Numbered from the stretch's first letter, positions 19,706-28,985 are shown. The stretch is 63,281 nucleotides of DNA from Thermotogaceae bacterium (GCA_030445775.1 JASUTC010000003.1:1-63281); one strand, 5' to 3'. Made by a program: numbers and translations. The notes: generated by a model from the sequence alone, not told the origin.

Positions 19706-20473
19706 ATGGGTTTAATGGAAGTCAGAGAAGTAACGGTAAGATTTGGAGGTCTCATTGCAGCCTCTGAAATCACCATGGATATAGAAGAAGGAACCATTCA
19801 TTCGTTGATTGGCCCCAACGGGGCTGGAAAAACAACCTTGTTTAACGTAATCACAAGAGTAATTGACCCAAACATCGGCGATGTTCTTTTTAATGGGGAA
19901 AGTTTGTTGAAATCAAAACCTCATGAGATTATAAAAAGCGGAATTGCCAGAACATTCCAAAATCTTGAAATCTTTAAATTGATGACGGTGAGGGACAATT
20001 TTCTAGTTGGGGAACATGTGAATATAGATACTAAATTAACCGCTGAAATGTTTCAAACAAAACATATCCAAACTGAAGAAGCCAATTCAAACACTAAGGC
20101 CGTTCAAATAGCTGAGTTTTTGGGGTTAAAGAATAGATTGAACAGTCTAACCGGAATGCTCCCATATGGATTGCAAAAGATGGTGGAAATCGGAAGGGCA
20201 TTGATTTCTTCTCCAAAACTATTGCTTTTGGATGAACCAGCAGCAGGCTTAAACCCTTCAGAAACCCATTTCCTAAAGGAAGTTATCAGGGAAATCAAAT
20301 CCCAGGGTGTGACCATATTGCTTGTGGAGCATGATATGTCGTTGGTCATGGATATATCAGATTACATTACGGTCATGAATTTCGGAAAGAAGATTGCTGA
20401 AGGGATGCCTGATCAGATTAAAAACGATCCTGAAGTCATCAAGGCCTATTTGGGGGAGAGCAAATATGCTTAA
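19706..20473 (+). CDS. livG: Liv-type ABC ATP-binding protein (LivG-like)
   Basis: GPNGAGKT, ARTFQN, LPYG, LLLDEPAAG, VEHDM, AYLG. Confidence 0.88.
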   Translation: MGLMEVREVTVRFGGLIAASEITMDIEEGTIHSLIGPNGAGKTTLFNVITRVIDPNIGDVLFNGESLLKSKPHEIIKSGIARTFQNLEIFKLMTVRDNFLVGEHVNIDTKLTAEMFQTKHIQTEEANSNTKAVQIAEFLGLKNRLNSLTGMLPYGLQKMVEIGRALISSPKLLLLDEPAAGLNPSETHFLKEVIREIKSQGVTILLVEHDMSLVMDISDYITVMNFGKKIAEGMPDQIKNDPEVIKAYLGESKYA

Positions 20474-21170
20474 ACTAAACGATGTTAAACTCAAATACGG
20501 ATATGTTGAAGCACTTAAGGGGATTAACCTTGAGGTCAAAGAAGGATCCATCACCGCTTTACTTGGTGCCAATGGTGCAGGAAAATCAACAACACTTCGT
20601 GCCATATCCGGGCTTAATCACATTTATTCCGGAGAAATCATCTTTTTAGACCAGGTAATTCAAAATCGTTCAACCGATTATATTGTCAAGCAGGGCATCA
20701 TCCATTGCCCGGAGGGCAGAAAACTTTTTCCCGATCTTTCTGTCTATGAAAATCTTTTAACAGGGGCTTATGTGTTAACGGATAAAGAAAGAGTGAAAGA
20801 AAATCTTGAACGTGTTTATACTCTTTTCCCCATTCTTAACGAAAGAAGAAAACAAATGGCCGGAACACTCTCCGGTGGGGAGCAACAAATGCTTGCAGTT
20901 GGAAGATCACTTATGGCTGATCCGAAATTGTTAATGCTTGATGAACCCTCTCTCGGACTGGCTCCGATCATATTTGAACAAATCTTTGATACCTTAATTG
21001 AATTAAAAAAAGCCGGGACGACTATCTTTCTGGTGGAACAAAATGCGAATGCCGCATTACACATATCAGACTATGCTTATATCTTAGAAGTTGGAAAAAT
21101 ACCTCTGGAAGGTCCTGCTTCGGAGTTGTTGAAAAATGATCAAGTCAAACAGAAATATCTGGGGGGATAG
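20466..21170 (+). CDS. livF: Liv-type ABC ATP-binding protein (LivF-like)
   Basis: GANGAGKS, PEGR, LSGGEQQM, LDEPSLGLAP, VEQN; ATG at 20466 after GGGGAG. Confidence 0.88.
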   Translation: MLKLNDVKLKYGYVEALKGINLEVKEGSITALLGANGAGKSTTLRAISGLNHIYSGEIIFLDQVIQNRSTDYIVKQGIIHCPEGRKLFPDLSVYENLLTGAYVLTDKERVKENLERVYTLFPILNERRKQMAGTLSGGEQQMLAVGRSLMADPKLLMLDEPSLGLAPIIFEQIFDTLIELKKAGTTIFLVEQNANAALHISDYAYILEVGKIPLEGPASELLKNDQVKQKYLGG

Positions 21171-21178
21171 GTGATATC

Positions 21179-22054
21179 ATGCAGCAATTAATATTGGGAT
21201 TAAGAGATGGAAGTTTATTTGCGTTGGTTGCTCTGGGTCTTGTTATCATCCACAGGACAACCGGTGTCTTGAATTTTGCTTACGGACATATGGGAATGTT
21301 TGCCGCCTATATTACATTCTCCTGTTATGCCTTCTTTGGATTTCCGCTGTTGTTGGCGATTTTTATGGGGCTTTTATTTGCCGTTATATTGGGAATGTTG
21401 ACAGAGAAATTCCTGTTACGCCCCATCAGAAACCTCTCTAATTCGTCGATGCTCATCATCACGTTGGGAATGCTCATGACTTTGGAAGGGACAGCCCTTT
21501 GGATCTGGAAACAAGATACCCGACAACTTCCAAATTTGATTAATGGTAAGCCTTTAATTGTCAACCTTGGCGAAACATTCTTGGTTATTACACAACAGGA
21601 TTTGTTGATTTTCATCTTAACGGCCATTATTGTTTTCGGGACCTTTTTTTATCTGAAATACACAAAAGTAGGACTGGCGGTCAGGGCATCTTCGCAAAAC
21701 GAAGAAGCTGCCAAACTTATGGGAATACCCGTTGGTGGTGTTTACGGATTTGCCTGGGGTTTTGGAGTTGCTTTAAGTGCTTTGGCAGCTATACTGGCAG
21801 CACCAAAAACATATGTACATCCAAATATGATGGTAGATCTTCAAATACAAGGCCTCACCGCAGCTGTTCTTGGTGGATTTGACAGTTTGCCGGGAGCAAT
21901 TGTAGGTGGTTTATTGCTTGGCGTCATTGAACAATTTGTTGGAGAATGGATCTCAGCGGAGTTGAAACTTGCAGTGGCTTTAATCATCATTATCGTTCTA
22001 CTGTTGATTAAGCCTTCAGGTATTTTAGGTAGATCATCCAAGAGGAGGGTATGA
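21179..22054 (+). CDS. livH: Liv-type ABC permease (LivH-like)
   Basis: ALVALGL..I...TGVLNFA.G, T..GLAVRA..QN..AA.LMGI, AAVLGG..S..GAIVGG. Confidence 0.88.
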   Translation: MQQLILGLRDGSLFALVALGLVIIHRTTGVLNFAYGHMGMFAAYITFSCYAFFGFPLLLAIFMGLLFAVILGMLTEKFLLRPIRNLSNSSMLIITLGMLMTLEGTALWIWKQDTRQLPNLINGKPLIVNLGETFLVITQQDLLIFILTAIIVFGTFFYLKYTKVGLAVRASSQNEEAAKLMGIPVGGVYGFAWGFGVALSALAAILAAPKTYVHPNMMVDLQIQGLTAAVLGGFDSLPGAIVGGLLLGVIEQFVGEWISAELKLAVALIIIIVLLLIKPSGILGRSSKRRV

Positions 22055-23829
22055 TTATGAAAAACATGAAAAATTTTATACTCTTTGCAGCCGTTCTAGC
22101 CATTTTACCCCTTCTCTTTTTAAATCAGACCTTTTTAATCAGTATTTTTTCTCAGGTGTTGATCTTTTCGATCGCCGCTTTGGGATTGAATGTGTTAATT
22201 GGCTATGCCGGACAAATTTCCATTGGTCATGCCGCTTTTATGGCATTAGGTGCCTATCTGTCAGCTGTACTGACTAAGAATTTTAATTTCCCGTTTTTGA
22301 TAACCATCTTTTTGGCGGGAGGGTTTTCCGGACTCTTTGGTTTGATTCTGGGTTTTCCGGCCTTAAGATTAAAGGGTTTTTATCTCGCCATCGCAACCAT
22401 GGCCTTTGGTGTTGCAGTTGAAAAAATTGTGGCAGCGAGTGATTTTCTGGGAGGCCATACCGGAATGACCAATGTACCCAACCCGGATCTTTTTGGCATC
22501 ACGATTTCCACAGATTTGGGGAAATATTATCTCATCGCCGTCATTACCATTATCTTATTCATCTTTGCTCAAAATCTAATGAAATCCAAAACAGGTAGAG
22601 CTTTTAAAGCCATACGAGAAAGTGAATTTGCAGCCAGATCTTCGGGGATTAACATTTCAAAGTACAAGTTGATCGCCTTTATCATAAGTGCAGTTTACGG
22701 CGGTATTGCCGGAGCACTGTATGCTCACACCATCAATTATATTGCTCCAACCGATTTTGCACTGGGTTTGTCCATCAATCTGTTGGCAATGATCGTCGTG
22801 GGTGGATTGGCTTCCCTTTCCGGAAATGTCATCGGTACTATTTTGATGGTTGCCATTCCTTTCTTTTTCAGTAGAAGCAATGTACCCATGTCGATTATTT
22901 TTGGTGTCATGCTGATTGTTGTTGTTCTGTTCTTCCCAAGAGGACTTAGCTATGCCTTATATATCTTCCAATGGAAATACCTTTGGAGACCCTATGTATG
23001 GATCAGAAAAAAGATTAGAATACTGCGATTTAAGGAGGAAAAATCAATGTTTGTTAACCTGGGTGATAAAAAAATCCATTATGAAACCGGAGGAAATCCT
23101 TCCGGAGAACCTCTGTTCATGGTCCATGGTAATTTTGCTTCGTGGAGATGGTACGAACCTGCCTTGAACAGATTGAAAGATACTCATTTCAGAGGAATCG
23201 CCGTTGATCTACCGGGTTTTGGCGATTCAAGCAACCCTGAAAGAGAAATCACCATTGAAAATTATGCCAAAGAATTGGAAGGATTTATCAACACCTTCAA
23301 TCTGAAAAAGATCAATTTAGTGGGTCATTCTCTCGGTGGTGCGGTATGCTTACGATATGCATTGAACAACCCGGATAAAATCAACCGTTTGTTGTTGATC
23401 GACTCGGCACCTGCGGATGGATTGATTACACCGGAGGAATACTATCCCGTCCTGAATTCCTATCAACATAATCGCGGACTTCTCAAGCTTGCATTGTCAG
23501 GCATGTTTCCTTCAAATGACCCGGACAAAATGCTAAACAAATTAACCGATGATGCCTTGTTGATGGATCCAAGGGCATTCTCGGGTAACGCCAGGGCTTT
23601 GGAAAAATACAATTATCTTGATGAACTATCAAAATTAAAAGCTCCGGTTTTATTCCTGGTGGGTGAAAAAGACACACTGATAACTGAGTCACTTTTAAAA
23701 CCAACGGCTGATCGTCTGCCTAATGCCGAAATAAAAGTCTTGGATAATGCTGGGCATGCGGTGAACGTTGAAGATCCTGAACGATTCATCAACATTCTGA
23801 AAGATTTTTTCGGAGGTAAAGAGGCATGA
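22051..23829 (+). CDS. LivM-like ABC permease fused to a C-terminal alpha/beta hydrolase
   Basis: Residues 1-~310 carry LivM motifs (GYAGQISIGHAAF, LKGFYLAIATMAF, GRAFKAIRE, PRGL). From codon 333 (ATG 23047) the hydrolase has HGNFAS, DLPGFG, GHSLGG, GEKD and AGH. Confidence 0.88.
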   Translation: MIMKNMKNFILFAAVLAILPLLFLNQTFLISIFSQVLIFSIAALGLNVLIGYAGQISIGHAAFMALGAYLSAVLTKNFNFPFLITIFLAGGFSGLFGLILGFPALRLKGFYLAIATMAFGVAVEKIVAASDFLGGHTGMTNVPNPDLFGITISTDLGKYYLIAVITIILFIFAQNLMKSKTGRAFKAIRESEFAARSSGINISKYKLIAFIISAVYGGIAGALYAHTINYIAPTDFALGLSINLLAMIVVGGLASLSGNVIGTILMVAIPFFFSRSNVPMSIIFGVMLIVVVLFFPRGLSYALYIFQWKYLWRPYVWIRKKIRILRFKEEKSMFVNLGDKKIHYETGGNPSGEPLFMVHGNFASWRWYEPALNRLKDTHFRGIAVDLPGFGDSSNPEREITIENYAKELEGFINTFNLKKINLVGHSLGGAVCLRYALNNPDKINRLLLIDSAPADGLITPEEYYPVLNSYQHNRGLLKLALSGMFPSNDPDKMLNKLTDDALLMDPRAFSGNARALEKYNYLDELSKLKAPVLFLVGEKDTLITESLLKPTADRLPNAEIKVLDNAGHAVNVEDPERFINILKDFFGGKEA

Positions 23830-24632
23830 ACCTTGAATTAACAAATGGCGGAAAAATATATTACGAAACCTATGGGCAACAAGGTCCATGGGTGGTTTTT
23901 CTCAACGGAATCATGATGAGTACCGCCAGTTGGGAGGGTTTTAAAGAGTCGATATCAAAGGATAATCGCCTGTTGTTGATGGACTTTCGGGATCAGGGAA
24001 ATTCCAGTAAAATCGAGAATCAAGATTATACATGGAAACTACACGTTAACGATCTTTTGGAATTGCTGGATCATCTGAAAATCGATCAAATCCACATGTT
24101 AGGTGTTTCATACGGGGGACAAGTTGCCCTTGAATTCACAAGAGAACATCAGGACCGATTGGCTTCACTGCTCTTGGTAAATGTGACTCCCAAAGTATCT
24201 CGTTTCTTACAAGCGATTAGTGATTCATGGGAGTTAGCGGCCAAGTTAAACAGTGGATCGGATTTTTTTACCATCGCCATTCCACCCATCTATTCAGATG
24301 TATTCTATGAAGAGCAGTACGACTGGCTTCAAAAAAGGCAAGATATCTTCGAAAAAATGCTGACAAAAGAATGGTTTGAGGGTTTCACCAGATTGTCAAA
24401 AAGCGCGAAGGATTTTGATTGCTCGGATCTTATCAGCAAAATCAAAGTTCCAACACTTGTTCTAAGTGCTGAAAAGGACATTCTCACACCTGCTGAGAAA
24501 ATGAATGAAATGGCCTCTCAAATAAAAGATTCTGTCTATCTACAAATCCCCAATGCGGGTCATGCAGCCTTTTATGAAAAACAAAAGGCATTCTTAACAG
24601 CAGTAAAAGGCTTCCTTTCCATAAATAAATAA
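23826..24632 (+). CDS. Alpha/beta hydrolase (enol-lactonase/esterase-like)
   Basis: FLNGIMMS, DFRDQG.S, nucleophile GVSYGG, AEKD, AGHA; ATGA overlap with upstream gene. Confidence 0.9.
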   Translation: MNLELTNGGKIYYETYGQQGPWVVFLNGIMMSTASWEGFKESISKDNRLLLMDFRDQGNSSKIENQDYTWKLHVNDLLELLDHLKIDQIHMLGVSYGGQVALEFTREHQDRLASLLLVNVTPKVSRFLQAISDSWELAAKLNSGSDFFTIAIPPIYSDVFYEEQYDWLQKRQDIFEKMLTKEWFEGFTRLSKSAKDFDCSDLISKIKVPTLVLSAEKDILTPAEKMNEMASQIKDSVYLQIPNAGHAAFYEKQKAFLTAVKGFLSINK

Positions 24633-24645
24633 CCAGCCAAAAATT

Positions 24646-24671
24646 AGGCCCGCTTATGCGGGCTTTTTTTT
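24646..24671. terminator. Rho-independent terminator ending the catabolic operon (possibly bidirectional)
   Basis: AGGCCCGC-TTAT-GCGGGCTT followed by a T-run; A-run upstream. Confidence 0.85.
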
Positions 24672-25734
24672 ATTTCACAAAATCCGAATACCCTCCCGGA
24701 TAATGGTAAATGTACTCAAAGCCAAGATCAGTCATCACTTTAACAGCCGTTATGCTTCTGCCACCGCTCTTGCAATAGACCAAATAGACCCCATTCTTAT
24801 CCATAGATTTAACTCTTTCCTCAAATTCCTCCGAGAGAATGTTGATATTAATGGCGCCTGCTATATGCCCTTCGTCGTATTCTTGAGGGGTTCTTACATC
24901 CAGGATAACCAGTTCTTCCTCTTCTAACAAAAGTTCTTGGACTTGACTTTTATTCACATCAGTCCAAAATCCCACGGGGGTCGTCTCGACTTTTTCTTCC
25001 GTTTGAGTTTCAACACGATGGTAATCTCCCAGCTCTCCTTCATATACATAGACATTTTTAAGGATGGGAGCTTGATCATCCAAAAAGTTTTTAACAGAGT
25101 TGAAAGTTGCTTGTTCGATGATATAATAATCTAAGGGGTTCAATTCATCATAGGATTCTTTAAAGTGTTCAAAGGAGAAGACCTTTATATTGGGTAAAGT
25201 TTCCAAAAACAATTTTGCCGTTTCCATATCCTCTATGAGCTTTAACACTTGACCTTTTGGTCTTTGGTATAACGGGTTGAGTGTCTTGATGGTCTCGAGT
25301 AAAAAGTCGGTCTCATAAAAACCTTGAAGGCGGTTTACGTAATTGCCGTTTTTATCAAAAAAAATCATTGTGGGCGTTCTACTAACTGAAAAATCTTTAA
25401 AGATCGTTGAATAGGGATAATTTTCTGCCTTTTCATCATTTATAGGAAATCTACCAAAATAAATGGGAACAGGATTAATATCCACAATAATAAACCTTTC
25501 TTTTAGAAAAGTAGCTGTCTTTTTATCTGAAAGGGTTTTTTCCTTTAAATCCACACAATCATGACAGCTTTTGATACTGAATAATATGATAAGTGGTTTT
25601 TCAGTTAATTGAGAAAGAGTATAAGCCTCGTTCAATTTGTTATCAATGACATAATCTGAATAAGTCAGCCCGAAAGAAAAAACGAATAACAATAATCCTA
25701 TCATTAATAAAATCTGCTTTTTTGTTAAAATCAT
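24670..25734 (-). CDS. Exported thioredoxin-fold (SoxW-like) + rhodanese fusion protein
   Basis: Signal peptide; SCHDC and RTPT cis-Pro in the Trx domain; LDVRTPQEY..GHI.GA.NI and YCKSGGRS in the rhodanese domain. Confidence 0.85.
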   Translation of the reverse strand: MILTKKQILLMIGLLLFVFSFGLTYSDYVIDNKLNEAYTLSQLTEKPLIILFSIKSCHDCVDLKEKTLSDKKTATFLKERFIIVDINPVPIYFGRFPINDEKAENYPYSTIFKDFSVSRTPTMIFFDKNGNYVNRLQGFYETDFLLETIKTLNPLYQRPKGQVLKLIEDMETAKLFLETLPNIKVFSFEHFKESYDELNPLDYYIIEQATFNSVKNFLDDQAPILKNVYVYEGELGDYHRVETQTEEKVETTPVGFWTDVNKSQVQELLLEEEELVILDVRTPQEYDEGHIAGAININILSEEFEERVKSMDKNGVYLVYCKSGGRSITAVKVMTDLGFEYIYHYPGGYSDFVK

Positions 25735-25745
25735 ACAATTCTCCT

Positions 25746-26198
25746 TTAATCAATCATCATTTTTAGTGTTATTGTACTAATCTCAAATCCAAAGTCCCTG
25801 TAAAAATCAACGACTTGTTCATTGCCTGCAGCAACCTTTAAATTAATTTCATCTACATTCTCATTTACCAGCCATTTTATAGAATCACTGATGAATTGTT
25901 TACCAACCCCCTTTTTTCTGTATTCGGGCTCTACATAAATAGATTCAATTTCACCTTCATGATCGGTTTTCCCGGTTATACAATAACCTATCAAGTTCTC
26001 TTCATCCTTCGCTGTTAGAATTAAGAGTTTTTCTTTGTTTAGAAGAGCATCTTTCCTGTATTCAAATGAAAATTGTTGAAATCTCTTCTTAAAATGAACG
26101 GATTGGGCTTTATGATGCTCGTTTAAAGCTTCCCAAAGAGGCTTAACCACATCTATCCGTTCTTTTTCTAAAACCTCTATAATAATTTTTTTCTTCAT
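25746..26198 (-). CDS. GNAT family N-acetyltransferase
   Basis: IYVEPEYRKKGVG, N..V..FY..FGF. Confidence 0.88.
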   Translation of the reverse strand: MKKKIIIEVLEKERIDVVKPLWEALNEHHKAQSVHFKKRFQQFSFEYRKDALLNKEKLLILTAKDEENLIGYCITGKTDHEGEIESIYVEPEYRKKGVGKQFISDSIKWLVNENVDEINLKVAAGNEQVVDFYRDFGFEISTITLKMMID

Positions 26199-26200
26199 TA

Positions 26201-26902
26201 TTAAACCTCAATAAAATTATTAACATCCATTTTGATTTTCCCATCTTTCAATTCGATTATCCGATCTGCCATTTGAGCCACTCTTTGATCATGAGTAACC
26301 AATATAAAAGTCGTCTTAAACTCTTTATTTATTTCTCTCAATAAATAATATACGGTTTGTGTGTTTTCAGAATCCAAGTTTCCCGTTGGTTCATCTGCTA
26401 AAACAATAGGTGGATTGTTAATCAGGGAACGAGCTATGGCCGTTCGCTGTTGCTGTCCACCTGAGATATTCGTTGAAGGTTTGTCCTTTACATCTTTAAG
26501 CCCCATCTTCTCCATCAAATAATTGGCCTTGTCAATGATTTCATTTGGAGGATTCATGTTATTCATCCAGTAAGGCATTAGGACGTTTTCATAGGCTGTA
26601 AATTCGGGGAGCAGATAATGAAATTGAAAGATAAACCCGATGGTTTTGTTTCTTATGGTAGAAAGCTCTTTTTGATTTTTTTTGGTGATGTCGATTCCGT
26701 CAATCACAACCTTTCCGGAGGTTGGGTTGTCCAAGGCACCGATGATGTTCAGCAAGGTGCTTTTTCCGCTTCCGGACTGACCAATGATGGCGTTAAATGA
26801 ACCTCTCTCAAATTCCAAATCCAAATCAAACAACGCTTGTGTTTTTACTACTGTTCCGTATATTTTATTCACCTTTTCAAGTTGAAGTACGGTGTTATCC
26901 AT
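26201..26902 (-). CDS. ABC transporter ATP-binding protein (LolD/MacB type)
   Basis: [39 protein letters not shown]. Confidence 0.92.
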   Translation of the reverse strand: MDNTVLQLEKVNKIYGTVVKTQALFDLDLEFERGSFNAIIGQSGSGKSTLLNIIGALDNPTSGKVVIDGIDITKKNQKELSTIRNKTIGFIFQFHYLLPEFTAYENVLMPYWMNNMNPPNEIIDKANYLMEKMGLKDVKDKPSTNISGGQQQRTAIARSLINNPPIVLADEPTGNLDSENTQTVYYLLREINKEFKTTFILVTHDQRVAQMADRIIELKDGKIKMDVNNFIEV

Positions 26903-28067
26903 TCCTGATCACCTCAATTGGACTAAGCTTTGCAGATCTTCTGCCGGGAATGGTTGCTGAAATAACAGCTGATGCAACAGCTATTCCCATTGAAAGAAGA
27001 ATAAAGCCATAATTAACATAGACTGGAACAACGGGCGTTCCGTCCGGATTGACTGCAAATGTTGTGAACATCCAAATAAGACCAACACCCAGAATGGTTC
27101 CCAAAATGGCCCCAAATACGCCTAAAATCAAACCCTCATAAATGAAAATTTGACCAGCCATTGAATTTTTAATACCCATAGCCTTTAATATTCCCAACTG
27201 TTTTGATTTTTGCACCACACTGATAGCCAAAACACTGGCAATAGCCAATGAAACAGAAATAATAACAAATATCTGTATCATAATGCTGGATATACTTTGC
27301 CCATCCAATGCACTCAACAGATCTTCATTTTCGATTTTCCAATTCAGGATTTTGATTTCTTCACCTTTCAAAGCATTTTGAATCCCGGATGCAATTACGT
27401 CCGCTTCAAAGGGTTCCTGTATCTGCATTTCGATTGAAGACGAGGTGTTGGGTTTATTTGTCAGATTTTGAACGGTTTTAATATCTGAAATGATCCATGA
27501 CCGGTTTGCCGTTCCAAGACCCAGCTTGAATATACCTGAAATTTTAACCGTTTTTGGAAAGATCACAACCGGAGGTATGACTACTGATATTTCATCTCCA
27601 ACCTTTAAAGAGAGTTCTTTTGCCATATCCGTTCCGATAATCACTTCATTCGTTTCTTTTGGCATTTCTCCCTCTACAATATTCTGTGCAAATTCATAGA
27701 CTTTATTCGCCTCATCAAAGTCGAACCCACGAATAAAAGACGAAAAATCACGCTTTTCAAGCCGCACAATTCCCGGTGTTTCTGATACCGGAAAAATGCT
27801 GGTAATCTCATTGGCATATTCTGTTTCTTTGATTTTTTCTATCATTGTTTGAGGACTGACAATTACATCATCATCACGAGTTGATCGAACTGTGATTTGA
27901 GAGGCATTCCCGATGGTTTGGTCTACAAGGTTTAACTGAAGGCCCTGAATCAATAAACCGATAAAAATCTGCACGGACACACCAATGGTGATAGCGGAAA
28001 TGATTAGTAATGATTGTCCCCTGGATTCTTTTAGAAATCTCCAAGCGATTTTCAGTGCCAGTCTCAT
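26895..28067 (-). CDS. ABC transporter permease (LolC/E, MacB/FtsX type)
   Basis: One TM, large extracytoplasmic domain, then 3 TM with KSKQLGILKAMG and P.RRSAKLSPIEVIR; probable ATG at 28067. Confidence 0.88.
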   Translation of the reverse strand: MRLALKIAWRFLKESRGQSLLIISAITIGVSVQIFIGLLIQGLQLNLVDQTIGNASQITVRSTRDDDVIVSPQTMIEKIKETEYANEITSIFPVSETPGIVRLEKRDFSSFIRGFDFDEANKVYEFAQNIVEGEMPKETNEVIIGTDMAKELSLKVGDEISVVIPPVVIFPKTVKISGIFKLGLGTANRSWIISDIKTVQNLTNKPNTSSSIEMQIQEPFEADVIASGIQNALKGEEIKILNWKIENEDLLSALDGQSISSIMIQIFVIISVSLAIASVLAISVVQKSKQLGILKAMGIKNSMAGQIFIYEGLILGVFGAILGTILGVGLIWMFTTFAVNPDGTPVVPVYVNYGFILLSMGIAVASAVISATIPGRRSAKLSPIEVIRNG

Positions 28068-28068
28068 C

Positions 28069-28734
28069 TCATTCACCATCCCTTTTTTTGCCGACATCCA
28101 CCATCAATGAAGCAGCAAAGGCATCAATATCATCGATATTTTTTAGAAAGACGTCAAAATCCATTGTCTTTACAAAATCATTGTTTTTATTAAAAGCCCT
28201 TCCACCTACAATAATTCCAATCGATGAATCTTTTTCTCTCACCGCATCAATAATATTCTGAGCTTTGTAAAGATTATAGGGATTTGAAACACTTAATCCC
28301 AAATAGTCCGGTTTCTCATAGTCTAAAGCCATAATAAGTGCATTTAAAGGAGTGTTTCCCCCTGCAAAGACGGATTTAAAACCATTCAACTCAAACCAAT
28401 CCGAAACAACCCTTAAGGGAAGTTCATGATATTCCTCCGAAGGACAAGTCATAATAATCTTTTTTCCGTTGAAGGGTTTTCTTTCTTTCAACAAATAAGG
28501 ATAAATTACTTCAATAATCGTTCGGGTCGTGGATGTTCTCACATGCTCTTTCCAAATACAAAGCGGATCTTCTTGAAAAGGACATTCGAAATCTTCAATG
28601 GAAGGCAATATCCTTTCTTTATACAACTCTCTAACACTTACAATCTCTTTATCCAGGGAATCAATCAAAAGGTTGATTAATTGTTCTTTTTCTTCTTTAA
28701 CGATTAAATCATTAAATTGTTCTCGGTTGATCAC
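28069..28734 (-). CDS. Stand-alone cobalamin-binding protein (helical cap + B12 Rossmann domain)
   Basis: WKEH in the cap; EYHELP-x41-SVS-x26-GG matches the (D/E)xHxx(G/P)...SxT/V...GG pattern; GTG at 28734 after GGAGGGGG. Confidence 0.8.
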   Translation of the reverse strand: MINREQFNDLIVKEEKEQLINLLIDSLDKEIVSVRELYKERILPSIEDFECPFQEDPLCIWKEHVRTSTTRTIIEVIYPYLLKERKPFNGKKIIMTCPSEEYHELPLRVVSDWFELNGFKSVFAGGNTPLNALIMALDYEKPDYLGLSVSNPYNLYKAQNIIDAVREKDSSIGIIVGGRAFNKNNDFVKTMDFDVFLKNIDDIDAFAASLMVDVGKKRDGE

Positions 28735-28864
28735 AAAGTATTCCCCCTCCCTCTTTTCTTTATTACATTTATACCATATGATAAAAAGCAAGTTATAACT
28801 TTTCAAGCCAAGAAAAATATAACTATATAGACGAGTATTAAATAACTTTAATTACGAATAAGAA

Positions 28865-28873
28865 TGATATAAT
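28865..28873 (+). promoter_or_regulatory. Extended -10 (TGATATAAT) for nadE
   Basis: TGn-TATAAT about 112 nt upstream of the nadE ATG, back-to-back with a minus-strand TGGTATAAA at 28768-28776. Confidence 0.55.
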
Positions 28874-28985
28874 CTCATGTAAACAAACACTGTTTAATTG
28901 AATTTGTGAAGCAAATTCCCAGGAATGTTCTTCGAAACTCCACTGAATAATGGCTTGAAAACTAAACGAAGGGAGGGTACAAACA

